A stretch of 64,000 bases of DNA, taken from positions 15,314,001 to 15,378,000 of the forward strand of contig NC_042999.1 in assembly GCF_006345805.1 (NCBI RefSeq), written 5' to 3'. This document shows positions 49,507 to 62,570 of the stretch, piece by piece (the stretch's first letter is position 1; each line of letters starts with the position of its first letter). The translations under genes were made by a program, and so were the position numbers. The notes beneath the pieces are model-generated. The model saw nothing but the letters and a program-made list of their open reading frames with translations. It was not told the DNA's origin and searched no databases. The stretch is from Octopus sinensis. Taxonomy: Eukaryota.

Positions 49507-49720
49507 ATATATATGTGTGTGTGTGTATATATATGTGTGCGTGTGTATATATGTGTGTGTGTATATATATGTGTGTGTGTGTATATATATGTGTGTGTGT
49601 GTATATATATGTGTGTGTGTGTATATATATATGTGCGTGTGTGTGTATATGTGTGTGGGTGTATATATGTGTGTGTATATATATGTGTGTATGTGTGTAT
49701 ATATATGTGTGTGTGTGTGT
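49355..49720. repeat. (TG)n/(TA)n compound microsatellite
   Basis: Directly visible. Confidence 0.95.
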
Positions 49721-50121
49721 TTATATTCATACATGTATATATGACATGTATACATGAACATGTGTACCAGCAGTGGGGGAGAGAGAGGGATTGAGAGATA
49801 CACATACACAGACAGATTGAGAGAATCTATAAGTGTTAACTTCTACTGTTTACACTGAAATAAAGTGAAACTTGTAGCCATAACAATTGTATAAAAGGGG
49901 ATAAAAACCACTCCCTTCAGGTGCTCATATTTTAATCCTTTCTATAAATATTCCTTATATCTGCTTATTTCAATGTGTTCAAAAGAAACATGTTTTTGCT
50001 ACTGAATGCAAAGTTAGTTATTAATACATTCATTTTACTGTCATTTTTTTGTTAATATTTTACTTAATGTAAACAAGTGGGGTCTAGTTGGTTGTGTTCT
50101 CATATAAATATATGAGCTTAG

Positions 50122-50508
50122 GTGTGGAGGCGCAATGGCCCAGTGGTTAGGGCAGCGGACTCGCGGTCGTAGGATTGCGGTTTCGATTCCCAGACCGGGC
50201 GTTGTGAGTGTTTATTGAGCGAAAACACCTAAAGCTCCACGAGGCTCCGGCAGGGGATGGTGGTGATCCCTGATGTACTCTTTCACCACAACTTTCTCTC
50301 AATCTTACTTCCTGTTTCTGTTGTACCTGTATTTCAAGGGGCCGGCCTTGTCACTCTCTGTGTCACGCTGAATATCCTCGAGAACTACGTTAAGGGTACA
50401 CGTGTCTGTGGAGTGCTCAGCCACTTACACGTTAATTTCACGAGCAGGCTGTTCCGTTGATCGGATCAACTGGAACCCTCGTCGTCGTAACCGACGGAGT
50501 GCTTCTAC
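50122..50508 (+). mobile_element. Young full-length tRNA-derived SINE with a 13-bp target-site duplication
   Basis: A-box tggcccagtgg and B-box ggtttcgattcc, CpG-rich body. Exact TSD tatatgagcttag at 50109-50121 and 50509-50521. Confidence 0.9.
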
Positions 50509-51881
50509 TATATGAGCTTAGAGAGTGTTTTAAAATATATACTCATTTTCAAGTTATTGTAGCAAAAATAGATTATAATTTTTATCAACAATCTGGCAAA
50601 GGCAAGCAAACCGAAACTTCAAAATAACTGTTGACATTTTCCTTGTAAAAGTTTAATAAACCAGTTCTCTACTAAAAAGTATTGCATAATCCTTTAGTTT
50701 AATGTGAAATTGTTCTTTTTTTAAATTATTTATCATGACATAAAAACAAACATTAATATATCTTTTATAATCATCAATCTCTAGTCTATGGCTTAATTAT
50801 TTACTCTGTCTGTCTGTCTGTCTACCTGTCACTCTTTCCTTCTCCTAGTCTTATCTTCTATGACTATAATGGCATTTGATTCTTTAATAACATACCCTCC
50901 ACCATCTGGTATAAACATCTTTCCTTCTCTGGTCATCCCTTACTGTACTACTCTCTTTTACTCTTTACTCTTTTACTTGTTTCAGTCATCTGACTGTGGC
51001 CATGCTGGGGCACCATCTTTAGTCAAACAAATCACCCCCAGGACTTATTCTTTGCAAGCCTAGTACTTATTCTATTGGTCTTTTTTGCTGAACTGCTAAG
51101 TTACGGGGACCTAAGCACACCAGCATCTGTTGTCAAGCGATGTTGGGGGAGACAAACACAGACACACACACATACATATATACATATATACGACAGGCTT
51201 CTTTCAGTTTACGTCTACCAAATCCACTCACAAGGCCTTGGTCGGCCCGAGGTTATTGAAGAAAACACTTGCCCAAGGTGCCACACAGTGGGACTGAACC
51301 CAGAACCATGTGGTTCATAAGCAAGCTACTTACCACAGGGCCACTCCTACACCTACATCTACATTTTGCACGAACCCTTTTAACATGATCCCTCCCTCCT
51401 TAGCTCTGCAATCCTATAGAATTTTTTCCCTGACCGAATTTTAAAAATAAAACTTTAATAATGTTCCTCTCACCAATTTCAGAAGCTTCTGCAAAAAATT
51501 AATGAGGTGTGCCTCATTTTCCTTCATTAGCTTAAAAAAAAGAATTATTACAAAATAAATTTTAGGACCATGCAAACCTTGGATAATTTTTTCATATCAC
51601 TTGTATACATTTGCGTTGAGAGACGGCATTCTGTTTTCTACGAGGCTGATAGAAATAAGTGATAGGAGAATGGTAGTGGTTGTACTTGTGATCTTTAGAT
51701 CAGTAGTGTTACATTATACGAGCAGAGAGTAACTCAGTCATCACTGTGTAAATTTTCATTATCTTTTTATTACAAACAGTGGAGTGACATTAAATTTTTC
51801 AACTGATGAAATAAAGTAGAATCGAAAAACAGGAAAGTAAAACACAATAACACAATATTGTTTTATGAAAATTAAAACCAT

Positions 51882-52139
51882 TATATATATATATATATAT
51901 ATACATACATATATATACATACACATACATGTATGTGTATATATGTATATACGTATGTATTTGTATATATGTATGTATATATGTATGTGTATGTATGTAT
52001 ATATGTATGTATGTATATGTGTATGTATGTATATATGTATGTGTATATATGTATGTATGTATATATGTATGTGTATATATGTGTGTATGTGTATATATAT
52101 GTGTGTATATGTATATATATATGTGTGTATACATATATG

Positions 52140-52180
<41 letters not shown>

Positions 52181-52223
52181 ATATATATACACACATACAT
52201 ATATATACATACATATATGTATG

Positions 52224-52269
<46 letters not shown>

Positions 52270-52486
52270 ATATATATACACACATACATATATGTATGTA
52301 TATATATATATATATATATGTATGTGTATGTATATATATGTATGTGTATGTATGTATGTATATATGTATGTGTATGTATGTATATATGTATGTGTATGTA
52401 TATATGTATGTGTATGTATGTATATATGTATGTGTATGTATATATGTATGTGTATGTATATATATGTGTGTATACATATATGTATG

Positions 52487-52517
<31 letters not shown>

Positions 52518-52754
52518 GTGTGTTATATATATATGTGTGTATACATATATATGTGTGTGTATACATATATGTATGTATATATGTGTATGTATATTGTATG
52601 TATATATGTATGTATGTATATATAATTGTGTATAAATATATGTATGTATATATGTGTATACATATATGTATGTGTATGTATGTATATATATATTTGTATA
52701 TATGTGTGTGTATATATATTTACATTTGTGTATGTATATATGTGTATATACATT

Positions 52755-52795
<41 letters not shown>

Positions 52796-52920
52796 ATACA
52801 TGTATGAAAGTATGTATGCATGTATATAAAATATGTATGAAAGTAATTATGCATATCTGTGTGTATGTATATATCGATGAGTGTATGTGTGTGTGTGTAT
52901 GTATATATATATATATATGT
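51882..52920. repeat. About 1 kb (TA)n/(TATG)n compound microsatellite
   Basis: Directly visible. It is the source of the 395-aa and 292-aa pseudo-ORFs. Confidence 0.95.
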
Positions 52921-53184
52921 ACACACACTTGCACACACAAACACAAATACGTAGAGAGGGGACGGAGAGAGAAAGTGAATTTGCAGAATATTTCATGTTC
53001 TATCTATTTGTGTTATGTTTCATTTAAGATAAAAATATTTCTTTTTTCACCTGAATTCTTAACATCTGATTTGAAAAATAAAATTTGTTTTTTTACTTTG
53101 ATGCTGCAAAAAAAAAAAAAAAAAAATTGTTTTTCAGCATTAAAGTAAAAAGAAAAAATATTTTCATCAAAAACTATTACTCAC

Positions 53185-53297
53185 CTTTTTTAGAGAATTT
53201 GTAAAAATCTGATTCATATAGTGATCGCGTCATTCCAAAATCACCTATTTTCACTGTTTTATTTGAATGTACCAAACAGTTACGACAAGCTAAGTCT
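53185..53297 (-). CDS. VKR: Receptor tyrosine kinase (VKR-like), exon with catalytic loop, DFG and activation loop
   Basis: tttaaaattccag|A GAC TTA GCT TGT CGT AAC...AAA AAA G|gtgagt, 113 nt. Translates (R)[37 protein letters not shown](G). Confidence 0.95.
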
Positions 53298-54111
53298 CTG
53301 GAATTTTAAAATATAAATCATCATTATCATAATAACCATTATCATTTTCAATATCAACATGACCAACACTTTGTCACCATAATATCACTTGTGATGCTTT
53401 CCAGGATAAACATTTACAATATCCCAGAGGAAAAACTTTCAAAGTTCCTCATATTTTAATTAGTATGCATCACTGTTTAGAAATGTGTGTATTAAGACAC
53501 TTACGGAAATTTGGTGAAGCCTGTTGAGACAAAAAACATGTGTTAACAGCATCTCTGTCTCAGACAATCAGATTATCAGATGCTTCCCAATGATGAAGTC
53601 CAGTTGGCCAGAATCACGTGATATGGGGATTCTGGCACCCTTGGTCATCTACTATGATCAATGTGTGTGCCAGATATGTCTTTTACAAAGGAGTGGAAAC
53701 GAACGACTTTGCTTGTATCACCAGGATACCTCTTTACAACCACCACATGATGTCAAGACAAGCAACACACACACACACACACACACTTAAGGCTTCTTTC
53801 AGTTCCTGTCTACCAAATCCACTCATAAGGCTTTGGTTGGCCCAGAGTTATAGTAGAAGACACTTGCCCAAGCTACCATGCAATGGGCTTGAACTTGAGA
53901 TCTCATGGTTGGGAAGGCAGCTTCTCAATCACACAGCCACATCTATGGTTGTAAGAATGTAGATCCAAGAAGTATTATGAGAATGCAAAAACGAATTTAT
54001 TTTAGATTACTGTGAACAGTTGTACCGTTTGCAAATGAAGCAGAATGAAATGTTAAAGGAAATTCAAAACCTAAGGTTGACATATGGGAAATATTGAAGT
54101 TGTGTACTTAC

Positions 54112-54262
54112 CTGTGTACATATTTAAGACTGTGGAGGTAGTTTAGTCCATTGGCAACATCAGTAGCCATTTGGGTTAGCTTAAAGGGAGCAACGTCTTC
54201 GGCCTCAATAGTTTCTCGATCAACAAGACTCCGTCGAGACAATAAGTAAGTTTTTAGGTCAC
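54112..54262 (-). CDS. VKR: Receptor tyrosine kinase (Venus kinase receptor-like), internal exon, kinase subdomains V-VIb
   Basis: Minus strand: ttttgtaacag|GT GAC CTA...GTA CAC AG|gtaagt, 151 nt. Translates (G)DLKTYLLSRRSLVDRETIEAEDVAPFKLTQMATDVANGLNYLHSLKYVH(R). GDLKTYLLxRRxLV is VKR-like. Its phase matches the next exon. Confidence 0.93.
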
Positions 54263-54608
54263 CTGTTACAAAAACAAACACATGTAAGCACTTTATATAA
54301 TCATCATCTTTTAATTTCCATTTTCCAAGCTAGCATGGGTTGCACAGTTTGACAAGATCTGGCAAGTCACAGGGTGGCACTCAGCTCCACTGTCTTCTTT
54401 GGCACAGTTTTGTTTTTATGACTGGATGCCCTTCCTAACATCAACCACTCTACAGTACCTAAAGTAATTTCTTCACACTACTGGCACTAGTACCACAAAG
54501 ATTATATATATAAATTGCTAATATAGGATGAAGTTTTTTTACAGGAAAAAAAAATTTCATCAAAAAAGTGGCAGCATATTAAATTACCTTTAAAGGTTAA
54601 AATTATAA

Positions 54609-54835
54609 ACAACTTATAAACAAGGGCAAAAGAAAAAAATTCTAATGCCAATATGCTGATAACAGACTTTTAAATTGTCAATTTCCACATATTATTATAC
54701 CCACTACAGAAATACGTTGTGCTGTAGTATTTCTGTAGTGGGTATATAATAATATGTGGAAATTGACGATTTAAAAGTCTGTTATCAGCATATTGGCATA
54801 GAAATAATTTTCTTTTGCCCTTGTTTATAAGTTGT
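54609..54835. repeat. Fold-back inverted repeat, about 107-bp arms and 11-nt loop
   Basis: 54609-54715 (acaacttataaacaagggc...cccactacagaaatac) pairs with 54727-54835 (gtatttctgtagtggg...gcccttgtttataagttgt). Confidence 0.9.
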
Positions 54836-54966
54836 ATATATATAATTATAAAGAAACTTTTTGTATAAGTTTTTACCGATAATGGATTTTTCCATACCGA
54901 AGCTACTTGGTAAAATTTATTAATTATTAAATTAATAATTCTTTACCCTATATCTATAATGATAAA

Positions 54967-56785
54967 TATATATATATATGTATAACTCTCCCTATGTATA
55001 TATAGTGTATTGTTCTATGATGGTAAAATCAACAAAAAAAGTACTCCATCCGGTGAGAGATAAATATTATTTAATAAACCCAACATGCTTTTATGTGCTA
55101 ATATTAGTTTCATGTGCTGAGAGCATGCCAGACAATATTTTTAAACATGTCTGGTGTCCTAGCACATTCATCAGTATGCAGCTGCTTGCTATGCTAGAAA
55201 TAGCAGTGTTTAAATATCTCATTTTTTAACTTGTAAAGGGGTTTGTACAGTGATATATTTAGGTTGAGGTTTCAAGCCTTATTACATATTTTCAGTTTTT
55301 ATTTTATTTTTATCTAAATATTGGTTTTAAAAATATCTGAACATTTTTTGCTCAGATCTCATAGTGCAAGCTCTGGTAGGATTGAACCTTGAATGTGTAG
55401 CCCCGTGAAGGACTGACATCCCATTGTGATCTTGTTTACTTATATGCCATAGAAACTGGATAACCAGCCCTATGAGCTTGAGGACTTGAAACCGGGTTTA
55501 CTTACTATTACATCATATATTGAAGTTCTGTCAAGCTATGTGTATGAAAACAAGCCAACAGCAGTGTGAATATGAAGTTTGTTTTGTAACTAAAGTGGCT
55601 GTGAGTTTCATTTCACTGCATGGAACCTTGGGTTCTCCTGCAGCAGACTGCTTAAAATACTCTACCACAAGTGTAACAAGAAAGAGATCATATATATATA
55701 TATTGATGGCTATGGATTGGTTTCTAGTATATTTATTTAATTTTGAGAAGCATAGGCCACTTGAGGCTTTTCTCTGCTGAGAAATCTAATTATTATCAAG
55801 AATGTAGTCTCTACAATATTGTCCAGAAGCTTATTCTAGGAGAGTATTTGTATACACACACACAAATATATATATATATGTATAACTCTCCCTATGTATA
55901 TATAGTGTATTGTTCTATGATGGTAAAATCAACAAAAAAAGTACTCCATCCGGTGAGAGATAAATATTATTTAATAAACCCAACATGCTTTTATGTGCTA
56001 ATATTAGTTTCATGTGCTGAGAGCATGCCAGACAATATTTTTAAACATGTCTGGTGTCCTAGCACATTCATCAGTATGCAGCTGCTTGCTATGCTAGAAA
56101 TAGCAGTGTTTAAATATCTCATTTTTTTAACTTGTAAAGGGGTTTGTACAGTGATATATTTAGGTTGAGGTTTCAAGCCTTATTACATATTTTCAGTTTT
56201 TATTTTTATCTAAATATTGGTTTTAAAAATATCTGAACATTTTTTGCTCAGATCTCATAGTGCAAGCTCTGGGTAGGATTGAACCTTGAATGTGTAGCCC
56301 CGTGAAGGACTGACATCCCATTGTGATCTTGTTTACTTATACGCCATAGAAACTGGATAACCAGCCCTATGAGCTTGAGGACTTGAAACCGGGTTTACTT
56401 ACTATTACATCATATATTGAAGTTCTGTCAAGCTATGTGTATGAAAACAAGCCAACAGCAGTGTGAATATGAAGTTTGTTTTGTAACTAAAGTGGCTGTG
56501 AGTTTCATTTCACTGCATGGAACCTTGGGTTCTCCTGCAGCAGACTGCTTAAAATACTCTACCACAAGTGTAACAAGAAAGAGATCATATATATATATAT
56601 ATTGATGGCTATGGATTGGTTTCTAGTATATTTATTTAATTTTGAGAAGCATAGAACAACACAGGCCACTTGAGGCTTTTCTCTGCTGAGAAATCTAATT
56701 ATTATCAAGAATGTAGTCTCTACAATATTGTCCAGAAGCTTATTCTAGGAGAGTATTTGTATACACACACACAAATATATATATA
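54967..56785. repeat. Tandem duplication of about 900 bp
   Basis: tgtataactctccctatg at 54979 and 55879. The copies differ by a few small indels, including a 10-nt insertion near 56655. Confidence 0.95.
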
Positions 56786-57860
56786 TCATCATCATCATCG
56801 TTTAACGTCTGTTTTCCGTGCTAGCATGGGTTGGACGGTTTGACCGGGGTCTGGGAAGCCAGGAGGCTGCACCAGGCTCCAGTCTGATATGGCAGTGTTT
56901 CTACAGCTGGATGCCCTTCCTAACGCCAACCACTCCGTGAGTGTAGTGGGTGCTTTTTATGTGCCACCAGCACAGGTGCCAGGGGAGGCTGGCAGCGGCC
57001 ACGATCGGTTGGTACTTTTTACGTGCCACCGGCACAGAAGCCAGTCAAGGCAGTGCTGGCATCGGCCACGTTCGGATGGTGCTTTTTACGTGCCACCAGC
57101 ACAGCAACATATATATATATTTGTGTGTGTGTGTATGTATGTATGTATCATTATCATCTTAATTTAATGTCCATTGTCTATGCTGGCATGGGCTGGATGG
57201 TTTGACCAGAGCTGGCAGTCTAGGGAGCTGCACCAGACTCCAGTCTGATTTGGCATTGTTTCTAAAGCTGGATGCCCTTCCTAGTACCAACCATTTTACA
57301 GCGTGTGCTGGGTGTTTTTATGTGGAACTGCATGGGTGCTTTTACATGGCACTATACATTTATTTTTACATGGTGCTACAGAGGCACTTTTATGTGACAC
57401 CACATGGGCTCTTTACATGGCTCCACATGAGCATTTTTACATGGCTCCACATGGACGTTTTTATGTGGCACCACCACAAGTGCTTTACACCACTGGCAGG
57501 GTCAATCGTAACACTTCTGCTGTGAGGTACGGGTCTCTCTGAGTATGGTCAGGCACCAGGTATCTCGGTCCTTTGGAGGGTTCAGCTTCCTGGGGTCATT
57601 CTTCAGTACTTCATCCCAAGTCTTCCTGGGTCTCTCACTTCCACGTGTTCCATCCACTTTGAGACACAGCACTTCTTTATGGAGCTGTTGGCATCTTTCC
57701 ATATCACATGACCAACCCAGTGCAATCTTCTCTCTTGCATGCAGCAACCAGTTCCTCTTATGCCTAAACTCTCTCAGAACACTGGCTGTCTGTCAAACAT
57801 GTTCACCTACATTACATGTCCAGCAGAGTGTACTAGCCTCATTTCTTTCTAACCTTTGAA
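56786..57860 (-). mobile_element. Two consecutive RTE 3'-end copies, the second with an ORF remnant
   Basis: Family signature at 56786-57107 and 57150-57490. ORF 57502-57747 contains LKVDGTRGSERPRKTWDEVLKND. Confidence 0.8.
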
Positions 57861-59059
57861 TATATATATATATAGTTTTCAATTAGCAATAACCACACCT
57901 TGGATTTACCTCATTGGCCATGGTACCAGCTCTCTCTCTATATATATATAGCTATTGAACGTTAACTTACTCTTTTACTCGTTTCAGTCATTTGACTGTG
58001 GCCATGCTGGAGCACCACCTTTAGTGAAACAAATTGACCCCAGGACTTATTCTTAGTAAGCCCAGTACATATTCTATTGGGCTCTTTTGCCGAACTGCTA
58101 AGTTACGGGGATGTAAACACACCAGCATCGGTTGTCAAGTGATGTCAGGGGGACAAACACACACACACATATATAAACATACGACGGGCTTCTTTCAGTT
58201 TCCGTCTACTAAATCCACCCACAAGGCCTTGGTTGACCTAAGGCTATAGTAGAAGACACTTGCCAATGGTGCCATGCAGTGGGACTGAACCTGGAACTAT
58301 GTGGTTGGTAAGCAATCAACTTACCACACAGCTATTTGTTTTCACTTTTCCAGAGAAAGAAAACATTTTTATGAACAGAGATAGCAACCTCCTAAAGCTT
58401 ACATCACAATACACAGAGGGCTTCTATTTGAACACTCACCCTTCTAGAAATAGTGGCTAAATGTCCAACAAATCCCAACTGAATCATCATAGGAAATGAT
58501 GTACTGTAAACAGATAAAGGAGGTGAAACCATCAAGGCTGACTCTGGGCTAAGCAACAAATATGTTATTCACTTTTGTTAACAGAATGATTATCTTCAGT
58601 TATTTATTTGCTCAGCCCACAATATTTAGAAAGTTTTGTTCCAGCCAGCCTCTTACACTCACATTTCTATCTTCCGTCTCTTTGTTTTGCTTCCTGAATC
58701 ATATGTACTCCTTCATTTCTAGGATCTAGGGATCTTTAGAACTATGTAACTCATTTATATAAAATGTGGTTATTTGATTAAGAAGCTTGCTTTGCAACTG
58801 CATGGTTTCAGGTTCAGTCCCACTGTGCAACATTTTGGGGCAAGTGTCTTCTACTATAGCCTAAGGCTGACCACTGCCATGTGCATCGATGTGGTAGATG
58901 GAAAACTGTAGAAACCTTCAATGTGTGTGTGTGTGTGTGTGTGTGTCTTTGTGTTTGTTTACTCCCACCATCATTTGACAACTGGTGATGGTTTCTGTCC
59001 CAGGAACTTAGAATGAGTACCAAACTGAAATATAAGTACTAAGGTCAATTTGATTGATT

Positions 59060-59282
59060 ATCATCATCATCATCATCATCGTTTAACGTCTGCTTTCCAT
59101 GCTAGCATGGGTTTGACTGAGGGCTGGCGAACCAGATGGCTGCACCAGGCTCCAGTCTTGATCTGGCAGAGTTTCTACAGCTGGATGCCCTTCCTAACGC
59201 CAACCACTCCGAGAGTGTAGTGGGTGCTTTTATGTGCCACCGGCATGGGGGCCAGTCAGGCGGTACTGGCAACGACCTCACT
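59060..59282 (-). mobile_element. RTE 3'-end copy
   Basis: (cat)n cgtttaacgtc...gctagcatggg family signature. Confidence 0.8.
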
Positions 59283-62200
59283 CAATTTTTTTTTATTATA
59301 TCCTTCAAAATTTCAAGGTAGTGCTCCAGAACAGCCCCAGTCCTGTAACTGAAACAAGTAAAAGATAAATAGTGTTTTTCTATTCTTGAACCTCTTTATT
59401 GAAAGTACCAATTTTATTTAGACTTTTGTTCTACTTCTGATAGTTCTAAACTATGACTTTCTTCCACAGATACAATGATTAGTAAAACAAAAGTCATCCA
59501 AAGAGTAACATCCAATCTCATTTTTGTTCAAAGTGTTTTTCGTTTTGGGTACACAAAACATTACAACAGTTTATTAATTTTTTTTGTTGTTTGATTTACC
59601 ACTAAACTGATTTTCACCAATATTAAATTGAATAGATGAATTGACATTGGTATCAAATATGACTTGGTACATCCAAATTGCCTCTCTTAGAATGAAATAA
59701 GATTTAATATCAGCAATACAGAAGAGATTGAGTGTATTTCATTCTCACCAATTGTAGAATGAAATCAGTGTTAATATTTCAAGTGTTAGTCATCTCATTT
59801 GATCAAAATATTATATTTGCCATAAATTTAAATAATCATGAATGCTTGAACAAGATGTCATTGGAAACTAAATTATAATATAAGATTACACTATAATTTA
59901 ATCAATCTTAACTTTATCTATAATAAAGGCCTTTCATTAAACACTTGAAGGCTGTACAATGTGTAATTAAAAGATAAAAATATCTGCTATTAAATTATTG
60001 ATTTCTAACGTTGGTTCAAGTTCACAGACTTGTGTGGGAGGGTGCAGACAATTAAATAGAACTCAATACTTAACTGGTACTTATTTTATCTACCCTGGAA
60101 GGATGAAAGACAAAAATCAATATTGGTAGGATTTGAACTTAGAATGTGTAACAATATAACTAAATACCAATTCTGAAGTCGCAGAATAAGAGCAGATAAG
60201 ATGTGACTTAATGTTGAAAGTCATACTGCTAGTGTTTGATAATAAAACTGTCTGGATTATAGAGAAGGAAATTAAAATTGCTTCGAGTCGGTGAAGATAA
60301 TTTTGACAATGTATTGAAATGCCTAGCTGCAGTTGGAAAATAAGTGGAGATGTTTGAGATGTTTGCCTGCACACTAAATTGTTTCCAGCTGAGATAATGA
60401 CAGAATCATTACACAGAGAGCATTCATACAAACATACACAATGAAAATATTAGGTATATATATTAAGTATATATATATATATTATATATAGAGATATAAA
60501 GTATATGATTTAACTTATTAAAATCATAATAATGTTTGAAGACAAATACATATATATATATATGTTGATATAGTTCAACAAATTTTACGTAAATGGGGTA
60601 GATTAGATATTAATATGGATAAGTTTTTTTTTCTTTATTCATGTAGCTATACAATTGTTTTATACAGAAAGGCAAAAAATTCATTTTGAGAATCTGAGTT
60701 GTCAAAAAGTAGTCGTCAGCAACTGAAAATTATAAAAAAGCTAAATAGACATTAGGATTACATAGGTATGGTGTTCTTACTCATTTTTATAATGTTAATG
60801 ATCTTGGAGTCATGTCTATTTAAAACAAAACTAAGGGATAACACTTGGGTGTTGATATATATATTACTATTAAGGGTAACATTCTCTCTATAGATTAGTA
60901 GAAAGGAGTTAATTTAAAACTCCCATATATGAAGTAAAAACCTGGTGGGGCTGTATATTATGGAAAAGGACTACTGAAATAAAGAAATCCAGAATTTTGA
61001 AATACTGGGGATTAAGACTTATATTTAACTGTCAATAATCAATACAACTAAGTAATTAATTAGGAAAAATGTTTAATGGTAGTTATAACATTTTTTTTTG
61101 TGCTTATGTACTTCTATATACCCATCCATGCACACTATTGCCTATAATATATATATATATGTATATGCAGTTGTTAAATGTGCATTTTTGTATATGCATA
61201 AATCTATGTGCATGTTCTGCAGCCAGATATTTTTGCATGTATGTATCAAAGTATTTTGTGTATATATAAATTATACATTAGTATCTTGTTATGCTGCCCT
61301 CTATATATACAAATATCTATTATTTTATAAATCTTATAAATTATTTTTTATATATATATTATTTGAGTAACTATATTTTATTTTTATTAAATATGTATAT
61401 AATATTTATAAACAATTTTTAAATATAATTCTTAAAATTTTTCTATGATATATGTCTTTATAATGTGCATTTGTAAACCTATATGGCCAATATACATCCA
61501 GGACTGTGTGTATATATATATATATATATATAAACATTATTTACGAACATATATCATTCAACCATGGTAGTGGTTGAATATATTCTTTGTCAATTGCAGC
61601 AGCTTCCAAGCTTCACCACTAATTCAGGTCTCAACTAAATTGCAAACTGTTAACAGTTTTAAAGAGGACACCACCTCATCTACTCTTTGGCATAAATAGT
61701 TTGAGATTTGGTTCAGTAGAAAAAAGTTACATCAAAATATCTGCGGCCTCAAGGGGGCAGTAAGGCACCTATTCACCTTAAATTAACATAAACGTTTTAA
61801 TTTTAAAGTAAAAGTATACTTTCCTTAGGCTTAAAGGATAGGAAAATGAGTGAGGAATTCAGAGTTGTTAGTCGCATTGAACAAAAATTAGTAGAAGAAA
61901 AGTTATGGGGTGAAATACCACGAAATTTCATGTAAGTAAGGGAGTAACGCTTATGAATTATATTAAAGAATATATTGCTAAAATGAATGTTTACCTTCTA
62001 AGGTGGTGAGCTGGTAGAAACATTAGCATGCTGGGCGAAATGCTTAACAGTATTTTGCCTGTTTGTTTTGAGTTCAAATTCCACCGAGGTCGACTTTGCT
62101 TTCTATCCATTTCGGATCTATTCAATTTGATGTACAGATTATTTAATTAATTTTTTAAAAGTAAACACTTTGAAACTTCCGATACTGATACAATGTGTCA

Positions 62201-62570
62201 CATACAACAGGGTTTACTCTTAACGTTTTTGACAAAATTTTGTAGTTTAGAAGTTATTTCGTCACAAGTTACAGAGCAACAATGGACAAATTAGTGTTTG
62301 ATAAGAGCCAATATACAAAACTCTTACTTTTCACTTACTATTTAACTTCTACCAATGATATATATGCATATTATACATATATGTGTAAAAAGAAATCTCA
62401 TCATACAATCAAACCAATGACAGAGCCTCTACCTGGTTGCTCGACATGCTAAAAATAGCAGCCAATGTATCCCCCTGCCCAGTATTTTATAAGGTCAAAT
62501 CCTAACTTATCAATTGACACATTATTAATTATCTTATAACAGCAATGCCTGAAATAATCATGGATTACAT

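Noticed and set aside
50126-50200. tRNA gene (also 48721-48775, 37790-37860 and the SINE A/B heads)
   Set aside because: A/B boxes are present but there is no complete cloverleaf, and the sequence continues into a SINE body.
51759-52946. 395-aa ORF and the many other Y/I/H/T/V/C/M-rich ORFs (5.0-5.4, 14.8-15.0, 23-24.7, 33.3-33.9, 49.3-49.8 kb)
   Set aside because: These are translations of (TA)n/(CA)n/(TG)n microsatellites, open in several frames on both strands.
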